NCBI GenBank assembly: GCA_002245135.1
Contig: NGBS01001163.1
Coordinates: 124,001 to 188,000 of the forward strand
DNA from: Proteromonas lacertae
Lineage: Eukaryota
Direction: 5' to 3'
Length of the DNA stretch: 64,000 bases
The position numbers were made by a program, and so were the translations under genes. Positions within the stretch are counted from its first letter, which is position 1. Each line of letters opens with the position of its first letter. Below are positions 50,873 to 64,000 of this stretch, piece after piece. Under the pieces are notes generated by a model that searched no databases, was not told the origin of the DNA, and worked only from the letters and a program-made list of their open reading frames with translations.

Positions 50873-53800
50873 ATGAGCTATTTATTCATATTTATCTCAT
50901 TTCTGTGTATTATTATATATGTTTATTTTTTTATATAGGTTTATCTACATCTAGTCAGCCTTATTTTGAGAGGAACACAAATAGAGATGTAATATTCTCA
51001 AAAAATGAAAAACCAGAACTCATTGATCAAAGACTAAATGCTGGATTAGGTGCGATTAAAGAGAGTTATTCAGAGAATAAGAATGAAATTTGCCAAAAGA
51101 GTGAAATTTTTGTTAAACTCCATCTTAACAGCATATTAACAGTTGGCCGATTAAATAATCAGTTCAGTGAAGGTATAAACTTCGAGCCATTCAGCTTGTA
51201 TGATGGTAAAAAGAAGATTGACTTAACTGAGTTGTTTAGATCAAAAGTAATAAATGGTACACAATCTAGTTCATTATGCTTAAGTGCTGGCATATATGAT
51301 ATTAGAAGAAATGAAGAAATGAAATCAAATATTGAGTATGGAGTTTTAGAAATTGAAGTGGATGGTAAAATTATATCAACAATCAATATTAAAGATATAC
51401 AAGGTGATAAAATAATAAAAGTGAATATAGGTAAAGAAAATGAAGGAAGATCCTCAGTGAGAGAGTTATCAAACATAGCATTACCTGAAAACAGTGAATG
51501 GGGTTATTCAAACAATCCACAAAGAGATAGTAGTTGGAGTAATGCATATAATGATTGGATTGTATATTCACCTTCTTCATTCCCCTCAAAGACTACAACT
51601 ACCACTTATTATCGTAGAACATTTATTCTTCCAGATATTGCGTTAATTAACTCTCCTATTTTGAAGATAAAATACACTGATGGTTTAATAGTGTTTGTAA
51701 ATGGAATAGAAATCTTTCGAAAGAATATGCCATTAGGTGAAATAAAACCAGATACAAAAGCAACCAAGTCATTCAATGAATTGATAGAATCAACAATTTC
51801 CATCCCTCAATCAGTTATTCATAGTTTATACAATTTCATTGGTATAGAAATTCACAAATCTAATGAAAGTCCTGAAAAACAAATAGATGAATTTTCAGCC
51901 ATAATTGAAAATGTTGATAGAGGATTAAAAAAAGTTACAAATGCTGATAATGTGGATGTTACTATTAAATCAGAATCAGGTACAGAATTTGTATCAGAAC
52001 ATATTAATAAAATTTATGATATGAACACTATTTTTAGTGTAGATAAAATTAATACAGATCATTATCCAATTAATTTTGATTTTACATTTAAGAATCATGT
52101 AGCTAAATATTTTAACCAAATCCAAATCAGTGGATGTACAAATGATGCTAGTACTCATCCAAAGCATATTCAGGTTTATGCTTCTGTTGATAGTGAAAAT
52201 ATAGAATGGATAAAGCTTTATGAAAATGAAGATATGGGATATTCTACTTCAGGTTGTAAAGATATTACAGCAATCCAAGTAAATGCAAATAATAAAGCTT
52301 ATGAAATTTATAGATTGAAAGTTATAACAAATAATGGTAATGGCAATTATTTACAATTTCAATTGTTTATATTGGATGAAAATCCACTTACAGTGTGTGA
52401 AAGAAACGATATATACCCATCTATTCATGCAGGTTCAACTTACACTTTACATTGTGGTAGTGGATATAAAGAAAGAAAATGTGGAGAGAATGGTGTATGG
52501 GAAGATGTTTTTGATCATGAATGTACAACAAATTATTTATATTTATCAACCAAACCATATACAGAAAATACATTGGAATTAGAAAAAGATATAAAATCCT
52601 TATCAGTAATGATAAAAGGATTAACCTATTCAGGTAGAATTTTAACATTGAGTAATACAGATGGTGTAGAATTCAACAGCAGAAAAGTGATTATCACATT
52701 TAATGATGATTCTACTTCAACAGTTTTTGTGAATGTATTTGGTCGTGAAGTAAAATGTAGTTACGGTTTTGATTCAATCAATTTATTTGAAATGGATTAT
52801 GATTTAAAATTGAAGTGTAATATTCAACCTGCTATAAAATCAATTGAAAATTTACCTCCTGGTCTTACATATAATATTTTAACAGGTGAAATAACAGGAA
52901 GAGTAACAGATACAACTCAAGAAATAACAACGACAATAACACTTCATGCTGATAAAGAAATTACTTTGACAATAGTTTGGAAAACAGGAGGAAGTTTAAC
53001 AAAAGGATTAGAATTTGTTATATGGAAGACACAGAAAGAAGATGGTATTAATGGAGATGATGATTTTTCTGCTAAGAGATTATATGAAATGTGGATGAAA
53101 TTTGAAAATGGATATTATGATGTAAAAGACCCAACAGTAATTACTGATACTGAAATAATATATTCAAATGGAGGTTGTAAAACTAATTATTGGGTTCCAT
53201 GCGAATATGCTGTGGCTAGAATGAGAGGATATATATACATTGCTGAAGAAGGAGATTATGTATTATCTGGAAGTTCTGATGATAGACAAAAGTTTGCATT
53301 TGGTAATTATGAAGTGGAAAGATATTCAACAGCTAATTATGGAGATGAAAAGACTTTTCCAGTCCATTTAACTAAAGGATATCATCTTGTTGGATATTTA
53401 TCATGGGCAGGAGGTGGTCAAAATGATTTTAAAGCTTTTTATAAAAAGTCTGATACTGAACACAAAAATATTAATGATATAATTTATCATGGTGGTTTTT
53501 TATTGACTCACTTATCATATGGATCATCAACAATAGTATATGAAGAAGGTGTTAGTAGAACAATAATACCATCATATGAAGGATATCCATCAACATGGTC
53601 AATGAATCCTCCAATAGATGGTTTAAGTATTAGATTAGATGGAGCATTAGTTGGTGTTCCAACAGTGTGTGATAATCAGTTTAAATCAGTTGAAATAAGT
53701 TCAAATGGTGCAATTGATGTTTCAAAAACAACTGTTCAAATAGTATGTTATAGTGGAAGCAATAAAGAAAATAAAATCAATGGATTATTAGTTAAATATT

Positions 53801-56800
53801 ACACTGCGAGTATAGTTAATATAGATTCTTTTGAAGAACCATCATTAGCAATTGGTTCAAAATTGATGTTAGGAAGATTAGAAACAACTTCAATATTCCA
53901 TTCTGAAAGTGAAGATTTATGGAATGGTTTACCTTCAACAATGAATAAACTATTTATAGCTGATTATAAAGGATATTTGAATATAGAAACAAGTGGAAGA
54001 TATAAAATGAGATTAAAATGTTATGATTATTGTCGATTAGTGATAGGAGATATAATATTTGAAGGAGTAGGAAGTGGTTTACATGAAATAGACAAAACGA
54101 TCGAATTAACCAATCAAATATACAAATTAAGAATAGTTTATACAAAAGGTGGAAAAGATAATATAAAGCAATTAGAATTTTTATATGTAAGTAGTAGTGG
54201 AAGTTATGTGCCAATTCCAAATGAATGGTTTTTAACTGATCCACCATATCCATTTGTTTATTCATCCATATATAATAACTACTGTGTAAATGATGGTATT
54301 ACAAATACCATAGTTGATCAAAATGTTGTATTAGATGGATTTAATTATTCAATAGAACCATCATTACCAAAGGGTTTGTCATTCTCTGAAGAAACTGGTG
54401 AAATATCAGGAAAAGTTAATGAACGTGATGTAGAAAGAATTTACACAATAACAGCTGAAAAAGATGGAGTAAAGTTAATATCTGAAATTACATTTGAAGT
54501 AAAACCACAAGTAGAACCAGTAATTGAATATCCAAGTGAAGGAATAGTAGGAAAGATAAATGAAGACTTTAAATTATCACCAACGATAATGGTTTGTGAT
54601 ACTATTTCTTTAGTATCACCAGTTGATTTTATATTCATTGATTCAAATGGAGTTTTGACAGGTAAAGCAATTGGTTCATATTCAGGAACAATAGAAGTAG
54701 AATGTATGACTTATAAAACAATATCTGTTAATATCAATGTAAATATAGTTGGTTGTGATTCTGGAAATGAGTTTTTAATAATGGATTACTTAGTAAAAAA
54801 TCAACCAGAAAGTGTAACATTAGAAATATTGAATGGTGAAATACCAATTTATTCCTCATCGAGTGAAGGATCATTAGAAGTGAATAAAGTATATACATTT
54901 ATGAAATGTGTTCCATCAACAACAAATCAATTGAAAATCACATCGAAATCCAAATTAGGTGGTTGGTATAAATTGTATTATAGCCACAGAAATTTGTTTA
55001 AATATTCATCATTCTATAAAGATGAAATAATTCCAATAACAATGATTCGTTCAAGTGATAAACCAATATTAAGATATGAATCAACATCATTTGAATTAGC
55101 ATTTGAAATATATTATGAAATATATCCATCAATAGAAAATGGAGGTAAGAAGTTTATAATAACAAATGAAGAGAATTTACCAAAAGGAATGATATTTGAT
55201 AAAGAAAGTGGTTTAATTTATGGAACTCCAACAGAAACATCTGAGCCAAAACAAGTCAAAATAACAGTAAAGAATTCACCAAATGGGGAAATGAGTGATG
55301 AAATTACATTAACAGTTTCATCTTGTAATTGCAAGAAAGTATTCTTCGAAGTAAATTTATACATTGCAAAAGGCGATGAAAGTTTTATAACCTATAAAAT
55401 GACGAAAGAAGGAAAAGAAATTCAATTATTTGATGAAAAAGTAGGTGAGAATAAGAAATATTTCTGTGAAGATCCAACAACTTATGAATTAACATTAGGA
55501 AGTATTGGAAATGAAATATGGGAATATAGTGAAATGAGATTACAAATATTAAACAATGGAGCAGTGTTATTTAGAGGAAGAAATACAGGTGGAACAAGTG
55601 AATCAAAAGCCAAAGTTAATACAAAGAATCTAATTCCATTTAAAAGTCAAATCAAATATACTGAAGAGATTCAACAGAGTAATGATTGGAGTGAATTATC
55701 GTATGATTCAAGTAATTGGCAAAATGTAGATGTTTTACCACCATTTAATGCTGATAAATTGGTGAGATATTATGTCCAATCATTTAAATTTACTGAAGAT
55801 ACAACTGATTTATCAATGTTTTATTTATCATTTACATTCTCAAATGGTGGTATTAGAATGTTTATGAATGGAATAGAATTTTACAATAAATATTTACCAA
55901 AAGATGCAACAAGTGAAACATGGGGTGGTAGTTATGAAAAGAGTGAAAGAAAATATTTTGTAACAGCTCCAATAACATTATTACAGAAGAATGGAAATAA
56001 TATTTTAGGAATAGAATTTCATAAATCTGATAAAAGTTCAACCGAACCAGATGAATTTAAGATAAATGAATTTCATTTATTATCTGGAATAAATAGTTGT
56101 CAATTTGATAAATATACATATTATTCAGATGAAAATGTTTATAGTGATCAGCCGAATTACAATGGTAATGAATTGACTAAATATGCATTTAATTATGAAG
56201 TAGAAAGAAAAGGAACATGGAAAAGTTCTTCAATTCCATTATATTTCCAATATACATTCTATCCAGAAGAATCAAGATGGTTTAATGGTTTACAATATAG
56301 AACTGGTAGTAATGGTAACCGTTTAATTAAAAAATTTGAAGCATATGGAATGAAAACATATCCAAACACAGCTGATAGAGATTATATTCCAGTATTTTAT
56401 TATAACGATAATACAACTGAAAGATTAAAAGAAGGTTATCATTCAAAATACTTTTCATTACCAAGTGAGAATAATATGGCATTTAATGGTATTAGAATTC
56501 AAGTAAATGAAGGAAGTTCTGATGGTATAGATACAGGAGGTGTTTACCCATATAGTTGTAGATTATCATGTTTGACAGAAGGTGAATGGAAATCTACTCC
56601 AAATGGTGAAACAAGTCAAATCAGTTGTGGAGGTGAATCAAAAGCCTTAAAAAAAAGAAGATGTGGAAATAATGGAGAATGGGAAAAAATTGATGATATA
56701 ATGTGTAATGCAAAATGTACAATAACAGTATATAATCAATCTGTAGAAGCAAAACCTGGTGAATATTTTGAATTAGCCTGTCCAAACAATCCAAATAAGA

Positions 56801-59800
56801 AATGGAAAGCATTTTGTTCACTTACTAACCCTCCTGAATTCATAAATATTGTTGATGCATGTGTTAGTATTACTTATCCAGAGAATTATATTACTCAAAG
56901 TGGTAAAGATGTAAGTATAACTCCAACAATATCTGAAAATCCACCAGCATTAACATTTAGCAAAGAAACTGGTCCTGATTTTATAATAGTAGAATCATCT
57001 ACAGGTGTTGTAAGTGGAACAATTCCATCAAATATTTTAGAAGGAAAAGAATATGAATTAATAATTCATGTTCAACCAGTTGATGAAAGATATACAATAA
57101 AGATCGAAATAAAAGAAGAACCAAATAATGATGAATTTTATAGATTAATAACAACGAATAGTGAAACAGCTGAAATAACTAAATCATATGTAATTGATAT
57201 GAGTAAATGGAAAGTTCCTGAATCTTTATCATTTAAGAAATTAAAAACTAGTGGTGATTATACAGTGAAAATGAAGCATTATATAAAAGACAATGAGAAA
57301 AATGTATTGAAATTATTTGGTTCATTGGAAAATCAAATAATTGAACATTTACATTTGATAATAGAATCTCATGATGGAAATAGTGTAAATCCTTTACTTA
57401 AAACCACAGAAAATGGAATATTTAATCAAATAAAGAACAGTTATTTGTATGATGTAGAATTGAAATTAAATTCAAATATTGAAATGATTCAAAGTGAAGA
57501 AGAAAAAACCTTCGGTTTATTGAGTAATTCTATGGAAAATGTAATAATAATTCATGTTGGAATATATTTTGATGGAAAGATTTCAATAAATTCCAATACA
57601 TATATATCAACATTTGGCTTAATAAGTGGTATGATAAAGAATATCGAAGGAAAAGAAGTGAGTGGAATATTTGTGAAAGGAAATGAATATAGTTTTACAT
57701 CTACCAGAAATGCAAAAGATCATGTAGTTCATCATGGTTTGATGTTTGGTTCTTCTGAAAATTTGATAATTTCATACAGTTATAGTGATGTAAATACATT
57801 TAATGTAGAAGTAACTCAGGGAATAAGTAGTAGTTTAACAGTAGCACATGCAACAGCTGAATCATCCTATATGAAGTTTTATCGATGCTTTGCTATTGTA
57901 AGAGTAGTAGCTGATATAGATGGAAAAGATTGGGCATTCTTTGGTCCATTTGTTTGTAGAAGTAATGTGATTGAAACAGTTGATGAATGCTGGAGTGATA
58001 TAAGAATAGGTATATTAACTGGAACAACTGAATTAGTTGGATTTCGGGGAATGTATGAAAGTAGTGGTGATAATGCAAATGTGATATTATCTAACAGTTA
58101 TATTAATTATCATTTTACAAAAAGTATTGAAAGTAATGGTGCTGCTATATTCATGATTGCAAAATATACAAAAGCAGGAAGTTCATTGAATAATGTGTAT
58201 AGTTCAATAACATATGATGATGGATTAACATTTTCATGTGAAATTAGAGATATACAACATAAAGAAGGAACAGAAAATCCAGGTAGTATTCACAGTACCA
58301 TCATACAACAGAAAAGTGGAATAAATATAGTTCGATCATTTCATAGTGAACAGATTGGATTAGTTGATGAAACATCTGATATAAAAGAAAAGCCATATAA
58401 ATATTTGAATGGATTCTTTACAAAAGATACAAAAATGTATTATTCTACAATGCCAAGATATGATGGAAATAAAATAATTGATGAATATAAGCTATTAGAA
58501 AATGTTGATATATCATTTGATGAAAATTCTTATCCATATTATAACAAAGGTAAATCAATCTGGTATCGAAATGAGATAAGTTTAAATCCAATATATGTTG
58601 ATTCATCATTAGGGATTTTTATTCAGAAGAATATGTATTTGTTATTAAAAGATATACAAGATGAATCAAAGACTGTGTCTATACAAAATCCATATATAAA
58701 TGCAGTTCCAGTTACAATCAACAGTTGGTTAAATTCCACTTCTGTTATCTATACTATTAATCAAATGATCTCATTAATTTCATTTATAGAATCTTACACT
58801 AAAGTTGAATATACTATTTCACCTGAGAATAAAGAAGAAGTAATTGAAATAGTAAATAAAGATGTAAATCCATCATATACAGTTAGTTATAGTGAATATG
58901 TAGAAGAGAATAGAGAATTTAATATAATATTTAGTTTACCATATCCATCTGAAATAGTAGTAAGTGGAAGTGAAATAATAAGTATGAAATCATTAGAAAG
59001 TGTAAAACATTTACCTCATGAGTATGAATCAAAATTAATAATGAAAGTAGGTGAAGTAGAAAATGATAAAGAAGAAACAGTGAATATTTGTGTAAAATCT
59101 CCCTTTGGCTATGGTGAAGTTGATAAATGTTTTGATTTGAAAGTAAAAATCCATAATTATGATCCAAGTAAACCAACAACTCAACCACCACCTACTACTC
59201 AACCACCAACAACCATTAAACCAACAACACAAACTCCTACAACACAAAAACCTACAACAGTAAAACCAACTACCCAAACACCTACAACCATTAAACCATC
59301 AACTCCTTCACCCACTACAGCAAGACCAACCACAGCTGAACCAACCACTCATACTCCAACAACAGTTCAACCGACAACACAAAAACCAACTACACCAAGA
59401 CCAACAACAATAAAGCCTACAACAATTAAACCTACCACTCAAATACCCACTACAATAAAACCATCTACAATAATACCAACAACTGAATCTCCATCTACTT
59501 CAACTATTTATGAAACTGGAACAATTGAAACTGGTATAACTGAATCAACAAATGAAACATCCAATCCAACAACTTCAATACCAACAACAACTATTCCAAC
59601 AACTCCAAAACCAATTGAAAGAATATCAATAGAAATCAAAATCTCAAATATTACATCATCTGTAGTATCTGAATTGAGTGAAAATGATAAAAATATAATC
59701 AAAGATTCAATAATGGAAATCTATAAGAAAGCTGGTATAACACTAAGAAGAGAAGATGTTGAAGTAATTGTGAATAATCGAAGAATATTATTGCGAGGAT

Positions 59801-61265
59801 TAGAAAATGATATGAATATCGAAGTAATAGTGACAGTTCCAGAAGAATCAACAAAAACTCAAATATTCTTTGTAGCAAATAGCTTGAAAGATTCAAATGA
59901 ATTGAGTGAAGAAATCAAAGCCAAAGCTGATTTAAGTGAAGAAGAAACAATATTCAAAGATTGTGAAGTTGAAGTAACAAAAGTAGAAGAGAAGATCAAT
60001 AATCCAACAGGAAAACCTAGTAATGGAGGAGATAAATCAGATAGTGGTGGTTTATCTACAGGTGCTTTAATAGGAATAATAGTTGGAGCAGTCGTAGTAG
60101 TGATAATAATAGTGGTAGGAATAATATTATGTAGATCAAAGAAGACAGAATCTCATCCAACCAAAACCAAATCCAAACCCAAGCCCAAACCATTACCACA
60201 GAAAGGAGTAAAAGCAAGTGGAAATAATGAACCAGCAGGCGCAAATATAGAATTACCAAAAGTGACAGAAGAAAAGAAAGAAGAAGAAAAACCCAAAGAA
60301 ATAGAAAAGCCTAAAGAAGAAGAAAAGCCAAAAGAAGAAGAAGTGAAGAAAGAAGAAGATAAACCCAAAGTTGAAGAAGAAGTAAAGAAAGAAGAAGTTA
60401 AAAAAGAAGAAGAAGTGAAGAAAGAGGAAATAGAAAAACCAAAAGAGGAAATAGAAAAGCCAAAAGAAGAAGAAGTGAAGAAAGAAGAAGATAAACCCAA
60501 AGTTGAAGAAGAAGTAAAGAAAGAAGAAGTTAAAAAAGAAGAAGAAGTGAAGAAAGAGGAAATAGAAAAACCAAAAGAGGAAATAGAAAAGCCAAAAGAA
60601 GAAGAAGTGAAGAAAGAGGAAATAGAAAAACCAAAAGAGGAAATAGAAAAGCCAAAAGAAGAAGAAGTGAAGAAAGAAGAAGATAAACCAAAGTTGAAGA
60701 AGAAGTAAAGAAAGAAGAAGTTAAAAAAGAAGAAGAAGTGAAGAAAGAGGAAATAGAAAAACCAAAAGAGGAAATAGAAAAGCCAAAAGAAGAAGAAGTG
60801 AAGAAAGAAGAAGATAAACCCAAAGTTGAAGAAGAAGTAAAGAAAGAAGAAGTTAAAAAAGAAGAAGAAGTGAAGAAAGAGGAAATAGAAAAACCAAAAG
60901 AGGAAATAGAAAAACCAAAAGAAGAAGAAGTGAAGAAAGAAGAAGAAAAAACCAAAGAGGAAATAGAAAAGAAAGAAGAAGAAAAACCTCAACCAAATCG
61001 AAAGAGAAGTGGAAGTGGATCAAGTTATTCTTCTAGTTATAGTGGAAGTAGCAGTGGAAGTAGTAGTGAAAGTGATAGTGAAAGTGATAGTGAAAGTGAA
61101 AAACCAAAGGAAGTAAAAACAAATCCATCAACAGCTGCTCCAGAAAGAAAAGAAGAAGCTAATCCAAACCCTGCTCCGACTACTACTACTGAAAGAAAAG
61201 AATCAAGAAGATCAAGAAGTAGTTCAAGTTCAAGTAGTAGTGGAAGTAGTAGCGGAGAAGAGTAA
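50873..61265 (+). CDS. Giant type I membrane surface protein (~3,450 aa): galactose-binding-like, PA14-like and putative-Ig domains, Pro/Thr mucin stalk, TM, KE-rich tail; one 5' intron; frameshift at ~60688
   Basis: ATG 50873 (MSYLFIFISFL) plus a short intron joins the 3267-aa ORF. LPxGL/MxFxxxTGxIxG putative-Ig motifs; PA14-like ARMRGYIYIAEEGDY..SDD and YKGYLNIETSGRY; TM GALIGIIVGAVVVVIIIVVGIILC; ORF 60738-61265 continues the repeat. Confidence 0.85.
59165..59610 (+). repeat. Coding PTTxx pentapeptide (mucin-like) repeat
   Basis: PTTQP PTTIK PTTQT PTTQK PTTVK... visible in the translation. Confidence 0.9.
60270..60990 (+). repeat. Nested coding tandem repeat with a ~132-bp (44 aa) higher-order unit, ~4 copies
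   Basis: Marker gataaacc(c)aaagttgaag recurs at ~60358, 60490, 60682 and 60812. Built from EEEVKK and EEIEKPK subunits. Confidence 0.92.
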
Positions 61266-61545
61266 AATCTTATTATTATTATTATACCTTATACAATTAT
61301 TTCATTTTATTATTATGTATTTTTAATAGTTTTATACTCCCCATTAATGGTTAACTCTATAAAATTCCAAATTTGTTAATATCGACTATATTTTATATTG
61401 TTCAATTAACCCTTTCAATCATTTCTGATGAAAGTTCTTACAATATAGAAAAGAATTTGTTTATTGAAAATATATTCGTTATTTTGTTTCGATTTTTCAT
61501 AATATCTTTTGTTGAATCAAAAATTATAAGTTAACAATCACTCTG

Positions 61546-63210
61546 ATGGTATAAAAACGAATTCATTAAACATTAAAATAGGAAGTTGTATATAGACAAG
61601 GATATCTGACAAAACAAGGTGGAGGAGATGGCTTCTTTGGTCGAATGAATTGGAAGAAAAGGTATTTTGTTCTTAAAGGTCATTTATTATATTATTACAA
61701 AAACCAAGATAGCTTTACCTCAGGTAATCAACCAATTAAAGCTCCTGTTGATATAACTTTTTATACTCCGTCTTCACTTGCTAATCTACAGTTCTGCTTA
61801 TTGCCAAACGACAAAAATGGGAGAAGATATTTATTTGAAAGTATTTCAATTCCTGATAAAGAAATGTGGCTGGAAGCATTTTCAAAAAGTTTAAATCCTT
61901 TAATACAATCAAATTCATCATTATCTATACAAAAGGAATTACAAAGTGAAAATAAAATATCAATCAGGAAATCCAAGCAAATGATTTTGAAACTAACTAA
62001 ATATTATTTGTATATTACTCCATATTATCAAAAGGTATGATTATAATATATTATAATACATATATATGTTTATATTGTGTAGATTGTAGAGAGTTTATTA
62101 AGCAAAGATAATAGTATTAAAGATTGTAGTGTTGAAATTGAAAATCTGTTGAGAATGTTGGATATTTGCCCTTTACAGTTTATTGGATATGTAATTTCTT
62201 CAATACTATTATTGGCAAGTATTATTTAATTATACTTTATAAATATATAGATGAAAAAAGATATATATCATTTCTATTAAAGAATAGAATAATCAAAAGA
62301 ATAAACAAGATATTTATCAAAATAATAGAATCAGATGATGAAGAGCAATATACAATATTAACCATTCAATTATTAGAATTGTTAATAAGATTATGCAAAT
62401 CAAAGAAATTAGTTAAATATTTATCAATTGAAAAGAAAGATAGTATATCAGCTAAATCAATATCTAAGGTTTATTCAAGTGAAGATAATAATAGTAACAA
62501 TGATGAAAGTAGTGGTATAGATTCTGATGTAGAGAGAAAAAAGATCAAAATAACCAATGCAGCAAAAGTAGAAGATACTTCGATTATAATATCTCATTTG
62601 TTATGTAGTTCAGTATATATAAATAAATATAAAGAATATTGTTTTATATTAATATAATAGAATGAGATTATATTATACAATATATCAAAATTTATAAAAT
62701 CTTATTATTTACTCTGTCTAAGAATTAATAAAACTATTAATTCATTTATATTATATCAATTATTATCAAAGAAATATAAAGTAATTATAGAAATAATACT
62801 AGAAATTATAATGCTTTATTCATTTCATGAAGAATTATTTATTAATATATTCAGGCAAAACAAGTTTTTATTAGATGAAATATTAGATCAAATGTTGTGT
62901 AATGATTCCATAAAGATATATGAATTGTTTATTTACGTATATTTTACAGTTGTATTTATTGTGAATAGATTTTTTATTCATTGTGTTGTTACAGATATCA
63001 ATTATTTAATGATAAATACGATAAGATAAGTATTATATTGGCAGAATATAATGGAGATAGCAGTATTGAAATTTATAAAATGTTGTTTCTATAGATGCAG
63101 TAAAGGAAGAGATAAGATTTATAAATAGTTATTTAGAGATGATCCAAAATGAAGCTGTTACATCTTCATTATATGTATTAAAGCAAAGTTTATTAATTAG
63201 TGATATTTAA
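61546..63210 (+). CDS. PH-domain protein with helical C-terminal region; multi-exon, 3' part uncertain
   Basis: ATG|intron|EVVYRQGYLTKQGGGDGFFGRMNWKKRYFVLKGHLLYYYK...RRYLF...KEMWLEAF. Confidence 0.75.
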
Positions 63211-63293
63211 TTATTATTTATGTGTTTATGGATGTTTTTTATGTTTTGATATGATCAAACTCTAAATCAAGCCTAAACTGTTATTTTTGAATT

Positions 63294-64000
63294 ATGTCAA
63301 AAACTAAAGATAATGTGGAGTTACCACCACTAAAAGATAAAACGTATTACTGCAATATATATACTTATAGAAGAGACAAAGGCATAGCAAAAGAATCTGC
63401 ATATAAATGGGAAATAGAAACACCTGAGTCATTAGTTTTAAAAGGACGAGAAGCTAGAGAACGAGGGTTATTACTAAATGCCATTCAATTTTATGATAAA
63501 GCAATAAGAAAAGATCCACTTAATTATTTACCACATTGGGAAGCAGCTCGTTGTAGAGTAACCCTGAAGAAATACATAGATGCTATACCAAATTGTAAGG
63601 CATTAATAGAATTAAAGAAAGAATGGTATATAGGATATGGTTTATATGGTCAATGTTGTTATAATTTAAACGATTTCCATGGTGCTTATTGGGCATTTAC
63701 TCGTGGTTTGAGATATGCACCTTCTAATGAGTATATGTTGAGAGGATTATCATTAACACAAGCAAATCTAAGACTAGAAAATGAAATAATGAAAATGCAA
63801 GATGAACAAAAAGATCATTATTTAGGAAAAGGTGATAAAAGAAAGACTGGTAGTCATTTTACAAGTATATCAGCTGATTGTGTATGTAATTTATTAACAT
63901 TAGCTTGTGATTACTGTACTAAATATGAAGAAGAATATATATTCTCAAATGATGATTATTTGTATAATAATTATATATTAATTTATAAATTTATTATAGT
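63294..64000 (+). CDS. TPR-containing protein, probably continuing beyond the window edge
   Basis: After a short intron: LKGREARERGLLLNAIQFYDKAIRKDP...ARCRVTLKKYIDAI...YGLYGQCCYNLNDFHGAYWAFTRGLRYAP. Confidence 0.75.
   Translation, partial: MSKTKDNVELPPLKDKTYYCNIYTYRRDKGIAKESAYKWEIETPESLVLKGREARERGLLLNAIQFYDKAIRKDPLNYLPHWEAARCRVTLKKYIDAIPNCKALIELKKEWYIGYGLYGQCCYNLNDFHGAYWAFTRGLRYAPSNEYMLRGLSLTQANLRLENEIMKMQDEQKDHYLGKGDKRKTGSHFTSISADCVCNLLTLACDYCTKYEEEYIFSNDDYLYNNYILIYKFII

Noticed and set aside
60153..60992. Minus-strand Phe/Ser-rich ORFs (279 aa, 141 aa)
   Set aside because: Antisense shadows of the GAA/AAA-rich KE repeat.
61425..61470. CTGATGA followed by a weak hairpin, resembling a hammerhead ribozyme core
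   Set aside because: GAAA does not directly follow the stem, and stems I and III cannot be formed convincingly.
156..64000. Stop-codon reassignment as the cause of fragmented ORFs
   Set aside because: Breaks resolve with canonical short introns or single-base indels, and multi-kb ORFs are free of all three stops under the standard code.

Overview
Very AT-rich, gene-dense eukaryotic DNA. It uses the standard code, has many ~25-40 nt GT-AG introns, and intergenic gaps are often under 100 bp. Intron style and gene content suggest an anaerobic gut stramenopile of the Blastocystis/Proteromonas type (inference only). About 22 protein genes can be rebuilt by hand-splicing the ORF fragments, plus one tRNA-Phe. 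Housekeeping genes: KRTCAP2/KCP2, actin-related protein, mercaptopyruvate sulfurtransferase, centrin, RSL1D1, an SSXT protein, COG1, FSH1/OVCA2 hydrolase, and PH, TPR and LRR proteins. The standout is a ~3,900 aa class C GPCR whose ectodomain is nine tandem bacterial UrtA/AmiC-like periplasmic-binding domains. Other notable loci: a candidate membrane-tethered transcription factor, an exon-modular PGG-repeat (SPIRAL1/Jupiter-like) protein, a tandem prominin-like pair with patchy identity, a bacterial-type secreted sulfatase, a myristoylated pseudokinase-LRR, and a ~3,450 aa adhesin-like surface protein. Four single-base frameshifts are probably assembly indel errors. Family assignments come from motif recognition, not database searches, and exon boundaries are manual.
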